64,000 nt of DNA from Octopus sinensis (Eukaryota), in assembly GCF_006345805.1 (NCBI RefSeq), contig NC_043008.1:50778001-50842000 (forward strand), in the 5' to 3' direction. The notes under the pieces were generated by a model. It did not search any database. It was not told where the DNA came from and was given only the letters and a program-made list of their open reading frames with translations. Of the stretch, positions 52,229-64,000 are shown one piece after another. Numbering within the stretch: position 1 is the first letter of the stretch; every line of letters starts with the position of its first letter. The position numbers and the translations under genes were made by a program.

Positions 52229-52974
52229 TCTGCAATAAATTGGTTATATTTCTTTAATACATTTAAAGACTAATGAAATGGCATTTTGTAGAATCATTAC
52301 CGATTGTTGGGATTCTAATATATTTAATGCTGATGTTAGCTTAAGATATAGAAACATTCCCTGTGGTTGTATGGTTTCTCTATAACCTTACTGACTACGG
52401 AAATCAAATATATTTGCTTAAAATTCCATTAACTTTAACTGAGAAAACGGTTTTATATAGCAATCTACTTTTTGTTCAGGAAATTCACGCTTAAAACTAT
52501 ATTTTTGCTGAGACATGTGAAGTTTATCGAATCAAACGTACCTTCAAGAAACTATCGAATCTATTTTTTTTTCAATATTTCTTTTTTTGGTAGATATTTT
52601 AACATCATAACTGGAATAACTGTGTTAATTTTGCAGGTAAAGGGTTAAGAGAGTGGCTGTGGGAAATCTTTCTACGAATAGGTGCATGTGAAGAAAGGGT
52701 ATCTATTTACAGCAAAAAGCTTTAGGCCCGCAACTAAATTAAAAGGAGGATCATGCTACACAATATGGCGTTTTGCAATCTTGTGTCGATTACATCGCCA
52801 CTTTACGGTGCAAATCTAGAAAACGGAAAATTCTGGGCACCGACGAAAGGAAGTATCAGATTGAAATACATACACACTTAGAGATATATATACAGAGACA
52901 TACAAACATACATACATGCAAACACATACATATAGACGTACGCTTAAACATTCATACATACATACATACATACA

Positions 52975-53024
<50 letters not shown>

Positions 53025-53216
53025 CAGTGTGTGTGTGTGTATTATCATCCGATGATCAGTGGCAACTGCAAGATAAATATCGCACACACGCTCATACATA
53101 CACGTACACAACATATTTGCATTATGTGCATATATGTATGTATATATATATATGGAGAATGTATATGTGTTCATAAATTCTTCAATATATATATGTGTGT
53201 GTGTGTATGTTGTATG

Positions 53217-53269
<53 letters not shown>

Positions 53270-53412
53270 TATATACATATATACATACCTACTTATGCAC
53301 ACATTAACATTTATATACCACACACTATATATATACACATGAGTATGTATGTATCTGTATAATGATGTTTGTATGTATGCATATATATATATATACATAT
53401 ACATTTATAAAT

Positions 53413-53445
<33 letters not shown>

Positions 53446-53449
53446 AGTA

Positions 53450-53492
<43 letters not shown>

Positions 53493-53660
53493 AAATAATA
53501 CAGCCTTCACAGTCTTTGTTAACAACATCTTGATTTGCTTTTACATCAGGCGACCCGTGATAAATTATAAATTTCGCTATATTATTTCTTCATGTGAAAA
53601 ACTAAAGGATAACAGCAGCACACAACATACAAACGGCCATTTTATACATTAATATATATG

Positions 53661-53730
<70 letters not shown>

Positions 53731-53756
53731 TATATATATATATTATATATATATAT

Positions 53757-53808
<52 letters not shown>

Positions 53809-53809
53809 A

Positions 53810-53873
<64 letters not shown>

Positions 53874-54152
53874 CGCCATATAGCGGCATATAATAGTGAA
53901 CAACAGGGGTGGAAACGGCGAACTGTGTGGTTGAGGAGAGAGAGAGAGTAGAGTAGCACATTTTATCCATATGGCAACAGAGCCAAGTCTTAGAATCCAA
54001 ATCAGAACCATTCCACATCGGTTTCTTATTCATTTATTCTTTGAGTACGAATAGATAGAATAACATGTCAAGCTGTGTCGTGCCTTGTTCTCTCCGTGTG
54101 TCTTTCTAATTGTTACACCAATTGCTGTTGCAGAGCCAACAAAAGGGAGTCT

Positions 54153-54207
<55 letters not shown>

Positions 54208-54930
54208 GTATGTGTTTTATACCCTTAAGTCAATATAACCCCTTAACACTTTGCAAACTGCGTATGTAGCTGGGAGGCGGGATAAGGGCGTGGTCGCCTT
54301 TCCGTTGACTCGAATCGTAATTCTTAGATGTTCATTGAACATATGTATATGCATAATATACGTATTTATATTACATTTATACTTGCATAACATACATATC
54401 TTAAATATATACCCACAGGCGTGGCTGTGTGGTAAGAAGCTTGCTTTCCAAACACATATTTCCGGTTTCAGTCCCACTGAGGGTACCTTGAACAAGTGTA
54501 TTCTACTATAGCCTCGAGCCGACCAAAACCTTGTGAGTGGATTTGGTAGATGAAAACCGAAAGAAGCCCTTCGTATATATTTTCCTTGTATGTCTCCACT
54601 GTCGTTTTTTTGCCCTCAACTTTGACCCTCCAAAAATCCTAAATTTTAATTTAGAATTTATGGGAGCAACTGTATTTTCATTTTGTGTTCCTCGCTGATA
54701 AAGGAAGGACCCTTTTCGGATTAATCCAGAAATCGGAACCGATTCCGTGATAACTATATTTTTATGAATTTTTGTTAGCTTGCTTTCCTCGTTTCGATAC
54801 ATGGTGTAATAATAGAAGTGAAACTATTTTATGTGGTTAGATGATTTTGTGTCTATTTTTCAGCATATTGACAAAGAAATTTTTTTTCATTTTGCCCTTA
54901 TTTATGATATATATGTATGTATGTGTGTGC

Positions 54931-54984
<54 letters not shown>

Positions 54985-55568
54985 GTATGTATGTATGTAT
55001 ATATATACGTAGTTCCAATTTCCGTCCCATTGTGTGGCACAGGGCAAATTACTTCTACTATAGCCCCAAGCCAACCAAATCCTTGTGAATGGAAATTCTT
55101 CGGACAGAGAATCAAATAGTACAAAATTTACATTTGGATTAAGCGTTTATATGCAGTTAGTAATCAGGAGTAGCATAGATAGTGGGAGGAAAAGAATGAA
55201 GAACAAATCAAGTTGCAAAAAGAAAGGAGAATTGGATATATACATAGATCCATATCACTTAGACAGGTGAGAGCACTTTTATGACGACTGACAAGAGAGA
55301 CAAATTTTTATCAATCTTCATCAGTGACCCATTACTCTGTCGCCGAGGGCTTAAGAACCTAAGTTACCCTCTCAGCCTTATAAAGAACACCATAGGAAAC
55401 GAGTGCTCTCAGGTGGCTAAGAGTTGTTTTGACTCTTATTTCTAGCAATGTTGGTGCTTATTAGCAGCCTCCGTCACTTCAGTGATGACTATACTTGTTG
55501 CCTTTCGGTTCTAAATTGCGAATAGCCACCTTAATAATTGATATATATATATAAATAAATATATATAT

Positions 55569-55637
<69 letters not shown>

Positions 55638-56538
55638 GAAATATGTAACAAAAACAAAATATAAAATACACGTAAGGGTAAAATATGAAAAATCAACGAA
55701 AATGCACATTGCAAATAAAAAAAAAGGCTTTTTATGACAGGTAACGACAAATATATACATTAAGACGGACTGATGTAGTCATAAGAGTCATTATTATCAG
55801 ATGATTATAAGATGATAATAATAAAGTAAGAAAACAAAGCGAACCATGGTTTTGGCAAAATTCTATTCATCGCTTTATATATATATATGTAGGTATATAT
55901 CTCTAGGTATAGGTATATACTTAGGTAAAGCAGTTTCTTCCTCATTCTTTCACTGATGCAACTTAATCACTTTTTTGATAATGAATTCACCTAAGGATTT
56001 ACCTCAGGAAATACCTGGCGAAGAACCGATTCAAATGGATTTAATTAAACCCTCCTACCCTCCTGAAAATAATGAACTATAATGAAGCGCAATGAATACC
56101 ATTAAAGAGAAGCTCTGTTAATCATACATTTCTTCATATATTTCTCCGATGACGGAATTCCTGGTTTATAGAGTCTTCGATCGAAACGATCATCCAATAG
56201 CTCGGACATCCCAGAAACAGCTGTCAGAGACTATCTCTACTGTCTTTACCAGTTTCGTATTATTTTACTATTTTTAGATTGAATTAAATGAATTTAAATG
56301 CCATAGCTTTGTCTTGACTAATTGTTTGCTTTCCTCGTTACTTTGGCCGATACCTACTGACTCGAAGGTAAGCTATCAACTGCCAGATTTTTTTTTCGGC
56401 CAGGACATTCACACAATCACAACCTCAGCCGCTGTTCTAACTGCAATATTTTGTGGATTACCTATTGGAGTACACAGAACACATACCTATTAGTTTAGGT
56501 TACCTTGACCTAAACACCTCATATCTCATATATATATA

Positions 56539-56578
<40 letters not shown>

Positions 56579-56664
56579 TACATATATGATTCCATCGAAC
56601 TCAACTGGTTTGATTTAATTATATCATTGTTGAATTGCTACATGGTGGTTCTTCTCTAATTTAT

Positions 56665-56695
<31 letters not shown>

Positions 56696-56698
<3 letters not shown>

Positions 56699-56860
56699 GG
56701 ATCAAAGAGTTTAACTCAAACGCATTGGTACTCTGAGTTTCAATCGTGTCGTTAGTATTCGGCCATTGGAGTCTTAATCCAGACTCCAATGGCCGAAGTT
56801 TAGCGACACGCTTGAAACTCGGAGTACCAAGGAGTTTGAATCAAACTGTTTCGATCCATA
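56696..56860. repeat. 165-bp imperfect palindrome (probable TA-flanked MITE)
   Basis: ~80-bp arms TATGGATC..CGGCCATTGGAGTCT / AGACTCCAATGGCCG..GATCCATA with a ~6-nt loop. Confidence 0.85.
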
Positions 56861-57337
56861 CGTGTAACTTACAATAAATGTGTTGAGTGCCCTTCTTTCA
56901 TTTGTCTACTCACTCGTATACATGTGTGTGTGTATGCGTGTGTATTCGTGTGTGTGTGTGTGTGGTGTGTGTGTGTGCGTCTGTGTGTGCATTCATGCAC
57001 TCTCACACTAGCAAGATACCTGGCGCTGCCTATTTTGGAAAATACATATAAATGGTCAGAGATGTATTGTAGAAAAATGTTCATAATGAAAATGTATTCG
57101 TTTTAATAGAATTCTTGCCTTTCGCTTTGCTCTTTATCCTTCTTGCAAGAAATGGATGTATTTGGAGTTCGTTCATAGCTGTGCTATTCATAGAGAGGTG
57201 GTGGGAGGCAAAAGAGACACAGAAAGAAAGGAGACAGAAATAGACGTCTAACAATGCCTTAGCTCACTGAAATTTCGAAGTTACTATCAACACACATGTG
57301 TATATGTGTGTACCTATACATATATATAGAAGTTTGC

Positions 57338-57449
<112 letters not shown>

Positions 57450-57473
57450 TAGATAGATATACAGAGAGAGATG

Positions 57474-57513
<40 letters not shown>

Positions 57514-57519
57514 TGTAGG

Positions 57520-57589
<70 letters not shown>

Positions 57590-57606
57590 TACAGAGAGAG
57601 ATGGAT

Positions 57607-57641
<35 letters not shown>

Positions 57642-57650
57642 GAGAGAGAG

Positions 57651-57740
<90 letters not shown>

Positions 57741-58078
57741 ACAGGGTGTTCGGGTTGAATATGACGATTTTTATGCCCCCTTCTTTTTATAAACAGCTCT
57801 CTTTCTCTCTCTCTCTCACGCTCTCTCTCCCTCTCTCTCTCCATCTCTCACTCTTTCTGCCAGCTGTTACATCGTTGGTGTTCCGTCGGGTTCCCTGTGA
57901 GAAGGTGAAGAAAATGTCTGTCTGCTCGTAACTGTCAACGTAGGCTCCTTAGCAGGGAGCAAAACGACAACAAAAAAAGAAAGAAATATGGCCGCTCTTC
58001 ACTGATTTAAACCTGTAAAACAATAAAAGGACATGTGTGTGTGTGTGTGTGCACGTGAATGTGTGTGAGAGAGAGTGC

Positions 58079-58131
<53 letters not shown>

Positions 58132-58280
58132 TGCCTGTATTTATTTGTGTACTTGTCTGTATAATTTTCCAGTACTTTATCATTTTAATGTTTCTTCTTT
58201 TTTCCTTTTCTTCCTTCTTTTCTTCTTCTTCTTTTTCTTCTTCTTCTTTTTCTTCTTCTTCTTCTTCTCTTCTTCTTCTT

Positions 58281-58311
<31 letters not shown>

Positions 58312-58313
58312 CA

Positions 58314-58352
<39 letters not shown>

Positions 58353-58785
58353 AACTACTACTACTTTTTCTACTTCCTCTTCTTTCTGCTCCTTCTCTTT
58401 CTTCTACGCCTATTCCTCTTCCTCTCCTTCACTTTTTATTGTTTTTTTTCTTCACCATTTTCATCTCTCACTTCCTATTCTTCCTCCTCCTCTTCCTCTC
58501 CTCCCTATACCTCTTCGTCCCCTTCTTCCTGCTATTCGTCTCTTTCCTCTTCACCTCCTCCTACTTTTGCTCCCCTTCTCTACTTATTCCTCTTCTTTCT
58601 TTCCTTCTTCCCCTTTATGTTGTTTTCTTCTTCCTGTTCTCTCCGTTCTCTTACCCCGTCTCCCTCTCCCTTTCTTCCTTTCTTCTCCTTCCCTTCCTTT
58701 TCCTCTTCAATCTACACCTCCTCCCTCTCCTTTCTCTTCTCCTTCTCATTTTCCACCTCTTCCACCTCTTCCTTATTCTTCTCAG

Positions 58786-58943
58786 GTCGCTACTCAGAGA
58801 GTCCGCGATGGTCTTACCGATGTCGAGGTGGAGAAATCGCCAAGTCCTTGCTGCCGACCATTAATGGAATCATAACCAGCATCGACTCGCCGGCAGCCAA
58901 CGTCCAAGCAGCGTCTTTACTGCAGTTATTCCGTCTCCCGCAG
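58786..58943 (+). CDS. mGluR-like gene, coding exon 2
   Basis: Long pyrimidine tract, CTCAG|GTCGC, phase 1 matching exon 1. (G)RYSESPRWSYRCRGGEIA..INGIITS..NVQAASLLQLFRLPQ corresponds to mGluR GVIG..SIQVANLLQLFxIPQ. Donor CAG|GTAAAT, phase 0. Confidence 0.92.
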
Positions 58944-60036
58944 GTAAATCACAATATTTGTAGCAATATCGATGTCTGTTCGATCTGCTTCATTATGTCC
59001 CTCAGTCAAAGTGGAATGTGTGAGAGTAATAATATTCCCAACAGGAAAAGAAGGACGATGCAGAGCTTTACTCTTCATACAGACTTTATAACGATTGGTT
59101 GGTTGCTTGCTTGATTTGGTTAGTTGATTAGCTGGTTGAGTGGTTCATTGGTTCATTGGTTCATTGGTTTGTTGGTTGATTGATTGGTTGGTTGAGTGGT
59201 TGATTGGTTGATTGGTTGGTTGAATGATTGGTTGATTGGTTGATTGGTTGGTTGGTTGGTTGATTGGTTGATTGGTTGATTGGTTGGTTGATTGGTTGAT
59301 CGGTTGATTGGGCTGTTTGCTGGCTGGTTGTTTGGTTTGTTGGTTGGTGCGTTTGTTGACTGGTTAGTTGGACGATCGGTAAGTTTGATGGTTAGTTGCT
59401 TGCTTGCTTGATTGATTGGTTGATTGATTGATTGATTGATTGAGTGAGTGAGTGAGTGAGTGAGTGAGTGAGTGAATGAGTGAGTGAGTGAGTGAGTGAG
59501 TGAGTGAGTGATTGGTTGGTTGGTTAGTTTGTTGCTTGCTTTCTTGCTTGATTGTTGTCTATCTACTCATCCATCTACCCATCAATCAATCAATAAATAG
59601 ATCAACAACCAATATGCCTACCTATATAATCGATTACTCAATTAACAAATCAATGATCAATCATATAAATCCACCAATCAGTTAATCAAAGAATTCCTTG
59701 GTTGATGGGAAAATGGCCTGTTTGACTGATGATTGATAGATGAATTCGTTTATTGATATATCAAAAGACTGATGATTATTTGATTAATGGATTGATTCGC
59801 TAAGTGACGGATATATTGATTAATTGATTATAATTGAATAATGCTTGATTGATAATTGATAGACTGGTGATTGATAAATACTTAGATGATAAACTCACAA
59901 TTTATATGATTGACAGTTGATTCATTGATTGATTAATTGGTTGATTGGTACAAGGATAGACAGACGACCGAAGGGGCAGGCACAAACAGACAAACAGGCA
60001 GACAGACAGACAGACAGACTGACAGACATACAGACG

Positions 60037-60102
<66 letters not shown>

Positions 60103-60340
60103 AAAAAATAGATAGACAGATAGATAGGTATATTTATTGATTGACTGATTGATTGATTGATTGATTGATTTATTGACAGACAGACAAATGTCTTATGGCT
60201 TTTATTGACTAATGGATGGATGGAAGGGTGGATGGATGGATGGATGGATGGATAGAGCATTCAAGAGTTATTGATTACTTGATTTGTCGATTGATTGATT
60301 GATTCATTGATTGATTGATGCTATGTCTCTCAAATTCCAG

Positions 60341-60511
60341 ATCAATGCAAAATCTCGGAGCCCTTTACTTCGAACAGTCGGAAGGTTTCCTTACCTGCAC
60401 CATTCGGTTCCAACTTACTTTCAACAGCTTAATATCGTGATAGAGTTGCTTAAACACCTGAAATGGTCATATATAAACGTCATCTTTGAAGACTCGGAGT
60501 ACGGCGCGTGG
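60341..60511 (+). CDS. mGluR-like gene, coding exon 3
   Basis: TTCCAG|ATC. INAKSRSPLL..RFPYLHHSVPTYFQQ..KWSYINVIFEDSEYGAW aligns without gaps to mGluR ISYAST..Y.YF.RxVPxD.xQ..NWTYV..EGxYG. Donor TGG|GTGAGT, phase 0. Confidence 0.93.
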
Positions 60512-60815
60512 GTGAGTACAACCAGTAGATTACACTGTGTAACATTATTTTCGTCTTTGGGTAGCAACTGTTATTTCCTATTTGCTTACTCCTAGAAAGT
60601 ATTCAAAAATGGCTAATATTTCCTTGAAATTTTGCTTTTGTTATATTTGTTCAAACCCCAAACAATCCCTCTTAACATGTGGCTATGATGCTCTCCTGTT
60701 CATGATCAGAGAAGCACATATTGTCAGCCACTAAGGGTCATAGGAAAGTGGTTATGGTCAAGCAACTGATAAGCAAGTCTGTGGTATTGAGTAGAATAAG
60801 TAGAATATTGAGTAA

Positions 60816-61044
60816 GGCGGCGAGCTGGCAGAAACGTTAGCACGCCGGGCGAAATACGTAGCCGTATTTCGTCTGCCGTTACGTTCTGAGTTCAAATTCC
60901 GCCGAGGTCGACTTTGCCTTTCATCCTTTGGGGTCGATTAAATAAGTACCAGTTACGCACTGGGGTCGATATAATCGACTTAATCCATTTGTCTGTCCTT
61001 GTTTGTCCTCTCTGTCTTTAGCCCCTTGTGGGTAGTAAAGAAAT
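60816..61044 (+). mobile_element. SINE family A, full length
   Basis: Complete head, core and tail; TATTGAGTA(GAATA) on both sides. Confidence 0.85.
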
Positions 61045-61155
61045 GGGTATTGAGTAGAATATTTGTTATAATGATATTTCTGAGCAGCAACTCGGTGCTG
61101 AATTTGTCTGAAATTTGATGGGAAACAAGTCAGGTTCCAAACATCGATGTCCAGG

Positions 61156-62262
61156 TGACAAAAGCAAACGTTGAAGGGAATAGTTTGACAAAAGCAAACG
61201 TTGAAGGGAATAGTTTGACAAAAGCAAACGTTGAAGGGAATAGTTTGACAAAAGCAAACGTTGAAGGAAATAGTTTGACAAAAGCAAACGTTGAAGGGAT
61301 AGTTTGACAAAAGGCAAACTTGTTTAAAGGAATAGTTTGACAAAAGCAAAACGTTGAAGGGAATAGTTTGACAAAAGCAAAACGTTGAAGGAATAGTTTG
61401 ACAAAAGCAAACGTTGAAGGGAATAGTGTGACAAAAGCAAACGTTGAGGATAGTTTGACCAAAAGCAAACGTTGAAGGGAATAGTTTGACAAAAGCAAAC
61501 GTTGAAGGGAATAGTGTGACAAAAGCAAACGTTGAAGGGAATAGTTTGACAAAAGCAAACGTTGAAGGGAATAGTTTGACAAAAGCAAACGTTGAAGGGA
61601 ATAGTGTGACAAAAGCAAACGTTGAAGGGAATAGTTTGACAAAAGCAAACGTTGAAGGGAATAGTTTGACAAAAGCAAACGTTGAAGGGAATAGTGTGAC
61701 AAAAGCAAACGTTGAAGGGAATAGTGTGACAAAAGCAAACGTGAATGAAATAGTTTGACAAAAGCAAACGGTGAAGGAATAGTTTGACAAGCAACGTTGA
61801 AGGGAATAGTGTGAACAAAAGCAAACGTTGAAGGGAATAGTTTGACAAAAGCAAACGTTGAAGGGAATAGTTTGACAAAAGCAAACGTTGAAGGGAATAG
61901 TTTGACAAAAGCAAACGTTGAAGGGAATAGTTTGACAAAAGCAAACGTTGAAGGGAATAGTGTGACAAAAGCAAACGTTGAAGGGAATAGTGTGACAAAA
62001 GCAAACGTTGAAGGGAATAGTTTGACAAAAGCAAACGTTGAAGGAAATAGTTTGACAAAAGCAAACGTTGAAGGGAATAGTTTGACAAAAGCAAACGTTG
62101 AAGGGAATAGTGTGACAAAAGCAAACGTTGAAGGGAATAGTTTGACAAAAGCAAACGTTGAAGGAAATAGTTTGACAAAAGCAAACGTTGAAGGGAATAG
62201 TGTGACAAAAGCAAACGTTGAAGGGAATAGTTTAACAAAAGCAAACGTTGAAGGGAATAGTG
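61156..62262. repeat. 30-bp tandem minisatellite, ~37 units, intronic
   Basis: Unit TGACAAAAGCAAACGTTGAAGGGAATAGT(T/G); scattered 1-bp indels. Confidence 0.95.
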
Positions 62263-63284
62263 GTCACTTACTTTGATTTCTAGATAGAAGCAAACAGGAA
62301 ATAACACTAACTAAAGACAAAAAAGAAAAAATTAAAACTTTGATGCACACTTATTTTAACTAGAAAAAGGCAGACTCGCATGTTACTTACTGATTAAATG
62401 TAATTTGGGAAAATATTAATAGAAAGTTAATTAATTTCTGTGTTAAGTTAGTAATCAATGTTAATATTTTGGCATTATTTGGTAGAACCAGTAGAGCGTC
62501 AGACCAATATTCTTTTCGGTATTCTTTTCCGGTTTTTTCTTCTTACGTTCCAAGTTCAAATCCTGCTGAAGTCAATTTTGATTTCACGGTCGATAAATAA
62601 AGTACTAGTTAACCACTAGGGAATAGACTTTCCCGCTCCTTACCGCACGAGGTAAGTAAACTGCTGTCTTTGCATGGTGGTGGTGGTAGTGGGATGTTAT
62701 GGTGGCGGAGATGGTTGTGGTGGCGGCGGCGGAGGGGCTAGCGAAGAAGGTATCTTTTGTAATAACTTTCCCGCTCCTTACTTGTCTCAATATCTAGTTA
62801 ACTTTTCAATGTTTACTGTTGTACAAAGGTAACACTAAAGTTCCTATTTATCTATATATATCTCCCTTTCTTGTTTCTAGTAAATACGCTACAATACTCT
62901 ATACATTAACTATGTTAAAAGTGTCTTACCTATTTATCTCTCTATTTGCCTATCATCTATATTGTTTCAACACATATTTTATACTCAACATATCTTTATG
63001 CTTCCAGTATTAGACACGTTAAATACGAGAGAAGCTGAAAATTTCTTAGGCTAACCAGGATACTCTCATGGAATATAACCTAATGGAGTTTACTTTTCAA
63101 CATGGTACCCCTTATGGTACACACACTCCTTCCACCGGTTTATTCTTTATGTGGCCCAATACCAAATGATTCTTTTTGCGTGGCCCGATACCAAATGCTC
63201 CATGGCTCAATACTGGTCTGTGGTCCGATGGCTGAGAACACCAGGTGTAAATTATAGAATTTATCTGTTTCTAAACAGATATTA

Positions 63285-63515
63285 GGCGGCAAGCTGGCAG
63301 AAACGTTAGCGCGCCGTGCGAAATGCTTAGCGGTATTTCGTCTGTCATTACGTTCTGAGTTCAAATTCCGCTGAGGTCGACTTTGCCTTTCATCCTTTCG
63401 GGGTCGATTAAATAAGTACCAGTTACGCACTGGGGTCGATATAATCGACTTAATACGTTTGTCTATCCTTGTTTGTCCCCTCTATGTTTAGCCCCTTGTG
63501 GGCAGTAAAGAAATA
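63285..63515 (+). mobile_element. SINE family A, full length, with a 21-bp flanking duplication
   Basis: ATAGAATTTATCTGTTTCTAA at 63254-63274 and 63517-63537. Confidence 0.85.
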
Positions 63516-63569
63516 TATAGAATTTATCTGTTTCTAAGCTGATTAATGACATGTCGCTTCTTGTTCCAG

Positions 63570-63717
63570 TTGACGTATAAACTCCAGGAGATCCTCAGGA
63601 ACAATCATGTCTGCATTGCTGCAAACATCATGATTCCCCCGTTCAGTAACACCTTGGGAAAGAAACAGTCTTACGACATGATTGCTACCCGTCTTCTACG
63701 CCATCCATTGGCACGAG
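63570..63717 (+). CDS. mGluR-like gene, coding exon 4 (not in the ORF track)
   Basis: TTGTTCCAG|TTG, phase 0. LTYKLQEILRNNHVCIAANIMIPP..KKQSYDMIATRLLRHPLAR resembles mGlu3 IEAFEQEARLRNICIA..RKSYDSVIRELLQKPNAR. Donor GAG|GTAAGT, phase 1. Confidence 0.9.
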
Positions 63718-64000
63718 GTAAGTAGGTTGCTGTCTTTGCATGGTGGTGGAGTGTTATGGTGGAGGAGATGGTTGTGGTGGCGGCGGCGGGGTTGGCGGTG
63801 AAGGTAGCTTTTGCAATGGAAGCACTCCGTCGGTTACGACGACGAGGGTTCCGGTTGATCCGAATCAACGGAACAGCCTGCTCGTGAAATTAACGTGTAA
63901 GTGGCTGAGCACTCCACAGACACGTGTACCCTTAACGTAGTATCTTGGGGATATTCAGCGTGACACAGAGAGTGACAAGGCCGGCCCCTTGAAATACAGG

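Noticed and set aside
58037-59114. 275-aa and 351-aa ORFs
   Set aside because: Mostly intronic simple repeats; only 58786-58943 is exon.
60921-62307. ORFs through the 30-bp array, and its CRISPR-like regularity
   Set aside because: Pure tandem repeat with no unique spacers, no cas genes, eukaryotic intron, frameshifting indels.

Overview
Repeat-saturated, AT-rich animal genomic DNA. The extreme microsatellite density and the SINE families look like octopus/coleoid cephalopod (inference, not a database result). There is one 100-N scaffold gap at 5381-5480. All credible coding sequence is class C GPCR (metabotropic glutamate receptor-like) ectodomain. (i) On the + strand, four exons (38493-38889, 58786-58943, 60341-60511, 63570-63717; the last is missing from the ORF track) splice GT-AG and in phase into a stop-free 291-aa ORF. 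It encodes a signal peptide and the first part of a Venus flytrap (VFT) domain and runs off the right end of the window. Its glutamate-binding residues are largely replaced (mGlu1 numbering R78>E, S186>K, T188>R, D208>Y; Y236 kept), while the inter-subunit Cys appears retained. (ii) On the - strand, one large exon (1986-742) encodes a complete 9-Cys cysteine-rich domain (CRD). Instead of TM1, the CRD is followed by a ~340-aa hydrophilic, Thr/Ser/Asn-rich tail with ~23 N-glycosylation sequons and then a stop, with no 7TM. The two parts face opposite ways across the gap; flipping the contig right of the gap would put them in order as one gene. Best candidate for novelty: a secreted, 7TM-less, mucin-tailed mGluR-like ectodomain with a rewired, non-glutamate pocket. 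The rest is SINEs, R4/Dong-type and RTE LINE fragments, mariner/Tc1 relics and MITEs, Helitron/Helentron-type elements, mini/microsatellites and many inverted repeats.
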